Below are positions 1 through 8,833 of a stretch of 35,103 bases of DNA, piece by piece. The notes below the pieces were generated by a model. That model searched no databases, had not been told where the DNA came from, and saw nothing but the letters and a program-made list of their open reading frames with translations. The position numbers and the translations under genes were made by a program. Location: contig CAZPTJ010000002.1 of the NCBI GenBank assembly GCA_964589085.1, forward strand, positions 1 through 35,103, given 5' to 3'. How positions within the stretch are numbered: the first letter of the stretch is position 1; every line of letters begins with the position of its first letter. The DNA comes from an uncultured Flavobacteriaceae bacterium. Lineage in GTDB: Bacteria; Bacteroidota; Bacteroidia; Flavobacteriales; Flavobacteriaceae.

Positions 1-147
1 TTTATTGCGCTTTCAGTCCTCATTGCGAAGTTCTACTGCATAATTCGGGTTTAACCGTAGCGGTGCTACGCTAAAACTCATAAAATGTCATATTTTATGG
101 TACTTTCAAGGTTCATCACAAAGTTCTAATGCATAATCTGGGTTTAA
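1..147. mobile_element. IS/MITE-like terminal remnants (two similar 27-bp ends in the same orientation); likely continues left of the window
   Basis: aagttctactgcataattcgggtttaa (28-54) and aagttctaatgcataatctgggtttaa (121-147) match at 24/27 positions. A small hairpin cgtagc-ggt-gctacg lies at 56-70. The second copy abuts the ssb fragment at TTAA. No transposase is visible in the window. Confidence 0.4.
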
Positions 148-214
148 TACCATCTTTATCTTCCCAGCTTCGGGTAGTGAGTTTTCCTTCGACGGCAATT
201 TCTTTGCCTTTGGT
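142..214 (-). pseudogene. ssb: ssb fragment, diverged duplicate of 6981-7053
   Basis: 67/73 nt identical to the intact ssb. The minus strand reads TKGKEIAVEGKLTTRSWEDKDGIK versus ...EDKEGIK in the intact gene. Confidence 0.9.
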
Positions 215-387
215 TATAAAATTAACAAGTTTAATCCTTACTACGATATCGTGATGTAGCTCCTAAATGAGGGTGTTTTGCTGCTTATATCAATTTAGCT
301 ATAAGTGCCGCAGAGCGTTTAGGCTAGATCGTCATAAAAGACATAAACTTAATAACGATTAACATAAAAATTACTAATTTCACTTTT

Positions 388-711
388 GTGAAAACTAAGA
401 CTCAGTTTATAGCAAGAATGTTGACAATATATATGTTGTCATTACCTTCTTTCTTGATTTTTCACACACTGACATCCCATAGCAGGAATCACCAATTGGT
501 TGATCGTGCTGATTTTGGCGATATAGCGCTAGAAGACAATTTGGAGTGTCAATTTTGTAATTTATATTTTGATCAGCAATTATTCTCGGAAGATACAGCA
601 GTCTTTGTTTTTGATACCACTGTTTACTATATTAATCAAAGCATATTAGAACACTTTTTTTATAATGCTATTGATCAAAGGTACTTACGAGGCCCTCCTT
701 CCCTAATTTAA
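388..711 (+). CDS. DUF2946/CruR-like leader protein, putative metal-responsive ribosome-arrest uORF
   Basis: 107 aa, GTG start, N-terminal hydrophobic segment, His cluster (HTLTSHSRNH), CQFC motif and C-terminal YLRGPP; sits directly upstream of a TonB/ABC operon. Confidence 0.7.
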   Translation: MKTKTQFIARMLTIYMLSLPSFLIFHTLTSHSRNHQLVDRADFGDIALEDNLECQFCNLYFDQQLFSEDTAVFVFDTTVYYINQSILEHFFYNAIDQRYLRGPPSLI

Positions 712-732
712 ATACTCTCATTTTATAGTTAA

Positions 733-764
733 GGTATTGACATTAATAAATTAAAGTCAATACC
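733..764. promoter_or_regulatory. Stem-loop between leader ORF and ABC gene (possible attenuator or RNA structure)
   Basis: ggtattgac (733-741) pairs with gtcaatacc (756-764), with an inner ttaat/attaa pairing. Confidence 0.45.
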
Positions 765-773
765 ATAGTTTGT

Positions 774-796
774 ATGTGATTATATTATAATCACAT
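774..796. promoter_or_regulatory. Perfect 11-1-11 palindrome, candidate Zur/Fur-family operator
   Basis: ATGTGATTATA-T-TATAATCACAT, ending 21 nt before the ABC ATPase ATG; the TTATAnTATAA core resembles proteobacterial Zur boxes. Confidence 0.55.
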
Positions 797-817
797 CTAA
801 TTAATCAATAATACATT

Positions 818-1513
818 ATGTTAGAAGCTGTAAAACTCACCAAAAAATATGGTGAGTATGAAGCCTTGAGCAAATTAGACTTATCTGTATCAAAAGGTGA
901 GATATTTTGTTTATTAGGGCAAAATGGTGCTGGTAAAACAACAACCATCAATGTGTTTTTAGGACTAATAGCCCCTAGTAGTGGAAAGGCATTAATCAAT
1001 GGAGTAGAAGTAAAGGCCAATAGTAATTCTACGACTCATGCGGTTGCATATATCCCTGAAGTTGTTCAATTATACGGTAACCTTTCAGGACTCGAAAACT
1101 TGGATTTTTTCAGTCGTTTAGCAGGGTATGCTTATTCTAAGGAAGAATTATCTAATTTTTTGCTTAAAGCTGGGCTTCAAAAAGTTGTGCACAAAAACAG
1201 ACTTGCTTCATATTCTAAGGGAATGCGTCAAAAAGTAGGTATCGCTATCGCACTTTCAAAAGATGCAGATTACATTTTTATGGATGAACCTATTTCTGGT
1301 TTAGATCCTAAAGCTACTTTGGAATTCACAGAAATTTGCAAAGAACTAAGTAAAAAGGGCAAGACAATTTTTATGGCTACACATGATCTTTTTAATGCAG
1401 TTAATGTTGGGACTAAGATTGGCATAATGAAAGAAGGAGAACTTGTCTATGTAGCCAATACAAAGGATTTAAATCCAAACGAATTGCAAGATTTATACTT
1501 GAAAACAATTTAA
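818..1513 (+). CDS. ABC transporter ATP-binding protein
   Basis: Walker A GQNGAGKT, signature YSKGMRQK, Walker B IFMDEP, H-loop ATHD. Confidence 0.95.
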   Translation: MLEAVKLTKKYGEYEALSKLDLSVSKGEIFCLLGQNGAGKTTTINVFLGLIAPSSGKALINGVEVKANSNSTTHAVAYIPEVVQLYGNLSGLENLDFFSRLAGYAYSKEELSNFLLKAGLQKVVHKNRLASYSKGMRQKVGIAIALSKDADYIFMDEPISGLDPKATLEFTEICKELSKKGKTIFMATHDLFNAVNVGTKIGIMKEGELVYVANTKDLNPNELQDLYLKTI

Positions 1514-1529
1514 AATAAACGAATTAATA

Positions 1530-4019
1530 ATGAAACAAATTAATACAATTCTTAAACTATTTATATTATTCATAAGTTGCTCCTTATGGTCACAAGTGAA
1601 TATAACTGGAACTATAGTAGACCAAAACGATAGTCCTATTTTAGGGGCAACGGTGTCTCTAAAGAGTGAAGGTAAGACCATAGGGGATCTTACTGATAAG
1701 GACGGTCGTTTTGAAATTAACGTAATACAAGGAAATTATGAGTTAGTAGTACGTTATGTTGGATTTGAAACATACAGTGACAATGTAATAGCAAACAACA
1801 ATTCTTCACTAGATTTGGGTAAAATAGCTCTAAAAGAAGGGATTGAAGAGTTACAAACTGTAGAAGTTGTGGGTCGAGCAAGAACGGATTATAATAGTAG
1901 TTACTCTTTTACTTCAACAAAAACGGCCATCAAGAATAGAGAATTACCTCAAGCTATTTCTACAGTTACTAAAGAGCTATTCCAAGACAAACAGGCTTTT
2001 CAAATAGCCGATGCTATTAGCACTACGAGTAGTGTAAATCATACTGGTTTCTACAATCATTTTAGTATACGAGGTTTAATAAAAGTAGAAGATGGTCAGG
2101 TTATAAATGGTCTACGTACCCGCCAGTTTTACTTCTTACAGCCTATCACTTCTCATATAGAAAGAGCAGAGGTCATCAAAGGTCCTTCTTCAATAACATT
2201 TTCTAGTTCAGATCCTGGAGGAACGGTCAACTTAGTTACTAAAAAACCATTACAAGAAAAAAGAAATGAAATAAGTGCTACTGTAGGAAGCTTTGGGACA
2301 TTAAGAGCTACAGCAGATTTTACCGGACCATTAAACGAATCTGGAACTTTACTATATCGTCTGAATGCTGCTGTACAAGAAGCCAGATCCTTTCGTGATT
2401 TAGTAGAAAACAATCAATTTTTAGTGACACCATCTATTACATTTAAACCTAATAATTCGACAGCACTAAATGTTGAAATGATCTATAGTAGCGGTAGAGG
2501 GAATTTAGATCGTGGACAACCAATATTTGCAGATGATAATGGGAATTTTGATTTAAATAGTACCTCTATTTCAACAAATGTAGCTGCAACTAATGATTTT
2601 TATGCTTCTGATGAATTTATGATTATTGGGAATTTTAATAAAAAAATAACCGATAATATAGGGTTTAATGCTTCCTATATGAAGCAGACTTGGCGAGAAG
2701 ATCTTGCAGAACACCGTTTTGCTGGGTTTGCCGTAGACATTGAAGGAAATACAATATCTTCTTCACTAGCAGAATTACGGTATACAGAAAGACAACAATT
2801 TTGGGTTACAGACAACTATAATGCATACTTTAATTTTGACTTTGCGGGAGACAACTTTACCAATAAATTATTGGTTGGATATGATGGGAGTAGATGGGAA
2901 CGTACTATAGGTGGCACCTCTAATGGCGCACGTCGTTTTAGACGATTAGACGGCACTGCAACTTCTTTTAATCCAGAAGAAGCAGACCTATTTGAAACTA
3001 TAGAAATTGATGGGGTGCTAGCCCCAAGGCCTAATGTAGATCATTTTGATCTTGCAAATCCTAATAATACTGCAAGAGTAACTACTGACTATATTATCTC
3101 GGAGTTTGCAATTCCGGCTAATCTAACGACATCAAATGGTATTTATATTCAGGACCAGTTTAAAATAGGTAAGTTTTCGGCTTTAGTGAATCTTCGTTTA
3201 GACTTTTTTGAAGATATTTTTAATTATGAATCGGATAATGAAACCATTACAGATAATACAGCATTTATACCCAGAGTAGGATTAACTTATGAAGTATCAG
3301 ATGATATCAGTGTTTATACCTCTTATATAGAAGGTTTTCAGCCTCAAGCTAACTTATTCAGTTTATCCCCTGTTAATGGAAACTTCTTCTTTGGAGCTCC
3401 TTTGCCATCTAATTTTGATCCATTAAGAAGTAATAATATAGAAGTAGGTGCGAAAGCAAATTTTTTAAGAGGGAGAATAGCTATGAATGCGGCAATTTAT
3501 TCTATTACGCAGAGGAATCTCTTGCTTCTAGATCCAAACGAAGATTTCTCATTTACGCAAAGAGGAGAGCAGCGTAGCCGAGGTTTTGAATGGGATGTTA
3601 CTGGTCATGTCCTTCCTAATCTACAAGTTAGTGCGTCTTATGCTTTTATAGATGCCGAAATTACAGAAGATGAAGATCCAACATTAATTGGCCAGCGCAT
3701 AGGTGGAACATCAGAACATAGTGCTAATTTTTGGGGAAGATATGATTTCGCTAGAGGTGCATTACGAAATTTTGGTGCAGGCTTAGGTATTGAATATCGC
3801 AGTGATAGTTTCTCTTGGTTTGCAAACCGTGTATTGCTGCCTTCTTATACTGTTTTTGACGCGGCTGCTTATTATCGTCCATCTGGAAGTGATATACAAA
3901 TTATTCTAAAACTGAATAACGTGTTTAATGAAACCTTTTTTGATGGCGCGCTCAGTGCAGGAAGACTTTTTCCGGGAGCTCCAAGGAATGTATTATTAAC
4001 CACTACTTATAAATTCTAA
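1530..4019 (+). CDS. TonB-dependent receptor (siderophore/metal type) with N-terminal carboxypeptidase-regulatory-like domain
   Basis: Signal peptide, ITGTIVDQ..PILGATV N-domain, plug motif IERAEVIKGPSS...PGGTVNLVTKKP, C-terminal NNVFNE...PGAPRN...YKF. Confidence 0.93.
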   Translation: MKQINTILKLFILFISCSLWSQVNITGTIVDQNDSPILGATVSLKSEGKTIGDLTDKDGRFEINVIQGNYELVVRYVGFETYSDNVIANNNSSLDLGKIALKEGIEELQTVEVVGRARTDYNSSYSFTSTKTAIKNRELPQAISTVTKELFQDKQAFQIADAISTTSSVNHTGFYNHFSIRGLIKVEDGQVINGLRTRQFYFLQPITSHIERAEVIKGPSSITFSSSDPGGTVNLVTKKPLQEKRNEISATVGSFGTLRATADFTGPLNESGTLLYRLNAAVQEARSFRDLVENNQFLVTPSITFKPNNSTALNVEMIYSSGRGNLDRGQPIFADDNGNFDLNSTSISTNVAATNDFYASDEFMIIGNFNKKITDNIGFNASYMKQTWREDLAEHRFAGFAVDIEGNTISSSLAELRYTERQQFWVTDNYNAYFNFDFAGDNFTNKLLVGYDGSRWERTIGGTSNGARRFRRLDGTATSFNPEEADLFETIEIDGVLAPRPNVDHFDLANPNNTARVTTDYIISEFAIPANLTTSNGIYIQDQFKIGKFSALVNLRLDFFEDIFNYESDNETITDNTAFIPRVGLTYEVSDDISVYTSYIEGFQPQANLFSLSPVNGNFFFGAPLPSNFDPLRSNNIEVGAKANFLRGRIAMNAAIYSITQRNLLLLDPNEDFSFTQRGEQRSRGFEWDVTGHVLPNLQVSASYAFIDAEITEDEDPTLIGQRIGGTSEHSANFWGRYDFARGALRNFGAGLGIEYRSDSFSWFANRVLLPSYTVFDAAAYYRPSGSDIQIILKLNNVFNETFFDGALSAGRLFPGAPRNVLLTTTYKF

Positions 4020-4022
4020 ATA

Positions 4023-5474
4023 ATGAAGCCCAAAAACATCAAGTTATTGGCATTACATTTCATACGTAATACGATAAAATCAAAATCGTTTTACATCGTT
4101 GGGATTATATTTTTACTGCTAACGGCCTTTGCAGCCGTTAGTGGTATTAAAAATCATGTTGATCAAAATACAATACGAAATACTCATCAATCTAAGGCAA
4201 GACAAAGTTGGGAGGCAAATCCGGATAAACACCCACATAGAATGGCGCATTTTGGAACTTTTGCTTTTAGGATTAGCCAGCCGTTAAGTTTGTTTGATTA
4301 TGGATTGGAAAATTATACAGGTAATGCTGTATTTTTAGAGGCACACAGGCAGAATAGTGCAAACTTTTCTGAAGCATCATTTTCTACAGGGATTTTACGT
4401 TTTGGGGAATTGAGTATGGCAATGTTGTTACAACTAGTTTTGCCCTTAATTTTAATTTTTATTGGCTTTTCAGGGATTGCTGCTGATCGTCAAAATGGCA
4501 CCTTAAAAATACTTCTATCCCAAGGCGCAAGCTGGTTTGAAATCTTGTTAGGTAGATCATTCGGCCTCTTTGTGATCTCACTTTTATTTTTCACACCTGT
4601 AGTTTTAACAGTAGTTTTTGCACTACTAAATTATGGTGATGTCTCGACAGGTAACTTTATAGGATTGCGTTTTTTAATACTAGTCTTAGGTTATATCATA
4701 TTTCTTTTTATAGTAACAATAACCATTATCGTAATTTCTGCTCTAAGTACAACAACCAAAAATGCACTACTACGACTTTTAGGATTATGGCTGTTAATGG
4801 TTATTCTATTGCCAAAATCTGCTCAAGACTTGGGAGAGTATTGGTTTCCAACACCATCAAAACTAGCATTTACGTCAGCAATAGAAAAAGATGTCATTAA
4901 AACAGGAGATAGCCATAATCCCAATGATCCATATTATAAACATCTTAAGGATTCTGTTTTGTTGGCTAATAATGTGAATGAAGTAACAGAGCTTCCGTTT
5001 AATTATGCTGGTTTGGTGATGAGTGAAGGTGAGAAAATTAGTGCTACTTTATATAAGCAACATCAGGATAGATTATTAAAGGGATATCAAAATCAAAATA
5101 ACATCTCAAAACTCATATCTTATATTAATCCCTATATGGCTATCAAGCAACTGTCCATGATTACATCAGGAACGGATTTTTCAAGTTATGTAGATTTTCA
5201 AAATCAAGCTGAGCATTATAGATATGAACTTGCACAGCGCATGAACGAATTACAAATAAAGCATATAAGCCCAAAGAGGGTGAGTGGCTCTGAAGGTAAA
5301 AAACACGTAATAGGTCATGAGCACTGGGAAGAATTCTCTGATTTTAGACATAAATCAATATCTTTTGATAAAATGATTAATGAAGCCACAGGATCAATTA
5401 TATCATTAATAATGTGGCTAGTTGTTATAACGGGATTACTATCCTTCACTGCAAAAAGAGCCAAGGCAATATGA
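4023..5474 (+). CDS. ABC-2 type permease, DUF3526 family
   Basis: Multi-TM protein with KHPHRMAHFG motif, DRQNGTLKILLSQG and a large periplasmic loop. Confidence 0.85.
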   Translation: MKPKNIKLLALHFIRNTIKSKSFYIVGIIFLLLTAFAAVSGIKNHVDQNTIRNTHQSKARQSWEANPDKHPHRMAHFGTFAFRISQPLSLFDYGLENYTGNAVFLEAHRQNSANFSEASFSTGILRFGELSMAMLLQLVLPLILIFIGFSGIAADRQNGTLKILLSQGASWFEILLGRSFGLFVISLLFFTPVVLTVVFALLNYGDVSTGNFIGLRFLILVLGYIIFLFIVTITIIVISALSTTTKNALLRLLGLWLLMVILLPKSAQDLGEYWFPTPSKLAFTSAIEKDVIKTGDSHNPNDPYYKHLKDSVLLANNVNEVTELPFNYAGLVMSEGEKISATLYKQHQDRLLKGYQNQNNISKLISYINPYMAIKQLSMITSGTDFSSYVDFQNQAEHYRYELAQRMNELQIKHISPKRVSGSEGKKHVIGHEHWEEFSDFRHKSISFDKMINEATGSIISLIMWLVVITGLLSFTAKRAKAI

Positions 5475-6814
5475 CATTCAAATTATTAATATATCAATTT
5501 ATACGATCTAAGGAAGTACGTATTAGCCTAGTCTTAATCATGCTATTAGGACTAATTGGAATTTTTATTGGAAAACGACATATAATAGAACAGCAGAAAG
5601 CTATTAATGAAGTAACGACCTATCAAAAAGACCATTTTGAAAGATATGTTACTGCGCATAATGATGATTTAGGTTTGTTATTATATTATGTGAAGTTTGC
5701 ATTTATTAACCCATCAAACAAGCTTAATGGTATATCCATAGGACAATCGGATCTAAACCCTTCCATTAAAAGAATAACAATAAAGACTTTTGAAGCGCAA
5801 AAACACGATACAGATTTGATAAACCCGATGAATTTACAGTCAGGAAACCTTGATTTATCATTTGTTTTAATCTATCTAGTACCTTTATTAATTATCGTAA
5901 TAGTTTTCAATGTCTTATCGGAAGAAACCGATACAGGCACTTGGAGTTTGGTTACTATTCAGACCAAATCAAAATTGCGATTTGTAATTAATAAACTTTG
6001 GGTACGATTTCTCTTTGTTACTAGCATATCGGTCTTATTGTTTTTATCTTCAATACTCATATTAAATACTTCTTTTACAGTTGAACTGCTATTAATGTTC
6101 ACCCTCTCGGTTTTGTACATTGTTTTTTGGTTTACACTCTCTTTTTTTATTATTTCCTTCAAAAAGTCTTCTCGATTTAATGCGTTGACACTTTTGACTA
6201 CTTGGCTGGTTTTGCTCATTTTGTTGCCTTCTGGTATCAATGCCTATGTTACCTCAAAATATCCGGTGCCTGAGGCATTAAATACCGCTATTGTGCAACG
6301 AGATGGATATCATACCAAATGGGATAAAGAGAAACTGCCAACTATTCAAAAATTTTATGCTCATTATCCTCAATTTGAAAAATATGGATACCCTACGGAA
6401 GGCTTTAATTGGTTATGGTATTATGCAATGCAACAAATGGGCGATGATGATTCTCAAAAAGAACGAGGGGCATTAAATGCAAAAATTAAAAAGAGAGAAA
6501 GAGTTAGTCAAAATATAGCATCTTGGATTCCAAATATGCATATGCAGTTAACGTTTAACCATCTGGCAGGAAATAGCCTAGGGCAACATATGGATTTTTT
6601 AGAAGCTACAGAACAATTTCATGAAAAATTGCGTTTGTTTTTCTATCCCCAGATATTCGAAGAGCAATTGGCAGAATCTGTGGATTGGGAAGAATTTTCA
6701 CCAGAATATTATCAAGCTAATCAAGAAGTTATCCCTATTAAGTCTATATTTCCACTACTTGCGACAACAATGCTCATAATTTTATTTTCAATGCCAAAGG
6801 CTAGAAGACTATGA
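5471..6814 (+). CDS. ABC-2 type permease, DUF3526 family (second subunit)
   Basis: NPMNLQSGNLDLSFVLIYLVPLLII...LSEETDTGTW motif. Start moved to ATG 5471, which overlaps the upstream stop (ATGA). Confidence 0.85.
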   Translation: MTFKLLIYQFIRSKEVRISLVLIMLLGLIGIFIGKRHIIEQQKAINEVTTYQKDHFERYVTAHNDDLGLLLYYVKFAFINPSNKLNGISIGQSDLNPSIKRITIKTFEAQKHDTDLINPMNLQSGNLDLSFVLIYLVPLLIIVIVFNVLSEETDTGTWSLVTIQTKSKLRFVINKLWVRFLFVTSISVLLFLSSILILNTSFTVELLLMFTLSVLYIVFWFTLSFFIISFKKSSRFNALTLLTTWLVLLILLPSGINAYVTSKYPVPEALNTAIVQRDGYHTKWDKEKLPTIQKFYAHYPQFEKYGYPTEGFNWLWYYAMQQMGDDDSQKERGALNAKIKKRERVSQNIASWIPNMHMQLTFNHLAGNSLGQHMDFLEATEQFHEKLRLFFYPQIFEEQLAESVDWEEFSPEYYQANQEVIPIKSIFPLLATTMLIILFSMPKARRL

Positions 6815-6876
6815 TTGCTATATTATCTATGTAATAATCTAAATTTTGACTAATAAACAAGAACATTAATATAAAG

Positions 6877-6907
6877 TAAAAAGAGGCGCTCCCTACAGCG
6901 CCTCTTT
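6877..6907 (-). terminator. Rho-independent terminator of ssb (possibly bidirectional)
   Basis: 11-bp stem aaagaggcgct/agcgcctcttt with a 6-nt loop and a T-run on the minus strand, between convergent genes. Confidence 0.8.
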
Positions 6908-6930
6908 CCTCCCTACATAGCTGCCTTGTG

Positions 6931-7263
6931 TTATTTACTTAAGAGCAGCAGTTCGTTACATACAATTTCTGTGGTATAACGTTTAATACCCTCCTTGTCT
7001 TCCCAACTTCGGGTAGTGAGTTTTCCTTCAACGGCGATTTCTTTGCCTTTGGTAACATAATTTTCAACTACTTTGACGAGATTGCCCCATACCACTACAT
7101 TATGCCAATCGGTACGTTCGACACGTTGTCCATTTTGATCTTTATAACTATCATCAGTTGCTAAGGAGAATTTGGCAAGCTGCTTGCCATTTTCGAAGTT
7201 TACAATTTCGGGGTCTTGCCCTAAGCGTCCAATTAACTGTACTTTGTTTCTAAGTGCGTTCAT
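6931..7263 (-). CDS. ssb: Single-stranded DNA-binding protein (short form, no acidic C-terminal tail)
   Basis: NKVQLIGRLGQDPE...FSLAT...TDWHNVVVWG...VEGKLTTRSWEDKEG..RYTTEI OB-fold motifs; 110 aa. Confidence 0.97.
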   Translation of the reverse strand: MNALRNKVQLIGRLGQDPEIVNFENGKQLAKFSLATDDSYKDQNGQRVERTDWHNVVVWGNLVKVVENYVTKGKEIAVEGKLTTRSWEDKEGIKRYTTEIVCNELLLLSK

Positions 7264-7559
7264 AATTTTTGATTTTCTTCCTAGCGTATATCTAGGAAAT
7301 TAATTTTAAGGTTTACATCTTCAGGCGTATCCTGAAAAGCTCGTGTTTGTATCAACGTAAATGAGTTGTTGATTTTGAACACTGCAAATATGGAACAGCA
7401 AGCACATAAGATTCGGTAGTTACCTACTTACTATCATTTATAATCGATTGCAAATGATTGTAAACGTTTGTTGTTAATTATTAAATATGTATGTTTTCTT
7501 TATTTTAAAAGGTTTAAGAAGTATTTTAGAGCCTTTGTTTTAAGCTAGATACATTAAAA

Positions 7560-8543
7560 TTGAATTCAAGAAAATCAGAGATGTTCCCGTTTATCTTTCG
7601 CCTATGTTGCAGCATAGGAATCTCTTTGGTTACCATAACTCAAGGTTTTGGACAGTCTACGGCAGAAGATTATGTCTGGAAGGAAACCGATACTTCATTA
7701 GCTCTTTTGCATAAAAAAAAGCTGCTGTGGAAATATAATTTTAATACACAAAAAGGGAAACCCTATTTTCATCCTATCCGGTTAAATGAAAAAACGATAA
7801 CGGCACATCAACCAAAGGATCACCCTTGGCATTTAGGATTGTGGTTTTCCTGGAAATATATCAATGATGTGGATTATTGGGAGTATGATCGTACGGATGA
7901 CACGATTCCAGATTATCAGGGAATCACTGATATCAAGAATATACAGATAGTAAAAAGAGCAGGTCATTCTTGTACCCTTGTATTGGATATTGTGTATCAT
8001 GAAAAAGACTGTCCTCCTGTTTTACGAGAGAAAAGAATCATTGAGATTTCAGCGCCAGAAGAAGACCAAACTTTTTATATTGATTATACATTTACGTTTA
8101 ATGCATTAGAAGAACAGGTGACTTTAAACAGAACCCCATTACTGGAAGAAGAAAATGGAAAACCCTGGGGAGGATATGCAGGATTGACCCTTCGTTTTAA
8201 TACCGATTTTAAAACCCCACTTTTTTTAAATGCTGATCAATCCAGAGCCTCACTCCACGGAAAAGTGTCTGCTTGGAGTTATTATGGTTTCAAGACCGAA
8301 AAGAGTTTTACGGGTGTTACTATTTTTGATCATCCTCAAAATACTCAGCATCCCACATCTTGGCATATAACGGATGATTCTAAAGAAGATCTTTATGTAG
8401 TACAGCCGGCACCTCTTTTCCAAAAATCACAAACACTGCAACCTGCTCAGACAGTTATTTTAAAGTATCGAGTTAAGTTTTATAATCGTAAGGTTTCTCA
8501 CACGGTTTTGGGTAACGATTGGAAAACCTATGGCAAGGAATAA
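7560..8543 (+). CDS. Secreted DUF6807/PF14100 ('PmoA-like') family protein; start may be ATG 7581
   Basis: Signal-like N-terminus; KPYFHPI, DHPWHLGLWF, GGYAGLTLR and IFDHPQN..HPT.W motifs. Confidence 0.7.
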   Translation: MNSRKSEMFPFIFRLCCSIGISLVTITQGFGQSTAEDYVWKETDTSLALLHKKKLLWKYNFNTQKGKPYFHPIRLNEKTITAHQPKDHPWHLGLWFSWKYINDVDYWEYDRTDDTIPDYQGITDIKNIQIVKRAGHSCTLVLDIVYHEKDCPPVLREKRIIEISAPEEDQTFYIDYTFTFNALEEQVTLNRTPLLEEENGKPWGGYAGLTLRFNTDFKTPLFLNADQSRASLHGKVSAWSYYGFKTEKSFTGVTIFDHPQNTQHPTSWHITDDSKEDLYVVQPAPLFQKSQTLQPAQTVILKYRVKFYNRKVSHTVLGNDWKTYGKE

Positions 8544-8630
8544 AACATAGGATAAACTTTTAAAAGAAAGTACTTAGCGATTTCCATTTCCCATTAAAAA
8601 GATTAAAAAAATACTTTTTTAGCTATAAAA

Positions 8631-8679
8631 AGGTGTAAATACTTATACCTATAGAAAAATTCAGGTATAAGTACGCATT
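8631..8679. promoter_or_regulatory. Repeated/inverted regulator-binding boxes upstream of the eCIS operon
   Basis: Inverted repeat tacttatacct (8640-8650)/aggtataagta (8663-8673); direct copies aggtgtaaatac (8631) and aggtataagtac (8663); near-identical box at 34581. Confidence 0.5.
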
Positions 8680-8833
8680 TTTCAACACGTTTTTCTTTTT
8701 AACCTTGTCTTCCCAAAAATATATTTCATAATGATATAGATGAAGTAAAGAAAGTATATAAAAATATAAGAGGTTGATAATCTTATATGAAATGACTTTT
8801 GGAATTAGCTCTGGAATAAACTAAAACTCACTC

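Noticed and set aside
28-147. CRISPR array (27-bp repeats with an intervening sequence)
   Set aside because: Only two imperfect copies with a 66-nt gap, and no cas genes in the window.
5414-5470. Longer start for the second permease given by the ORF track
   Set aside because: It would overlap the upstream gene by 61 nt; ATG 5471 gives a typical ATGA coupling.
7560-8543. Methane monooxygenase subunit, suggested by the family name 'PmoA'
   Set aside because: This is a soluble secreted-type protein without the multi-TM profile of true PmoA and without pmoB/pmoC neighbours. No evidence links it to the eCIS either.
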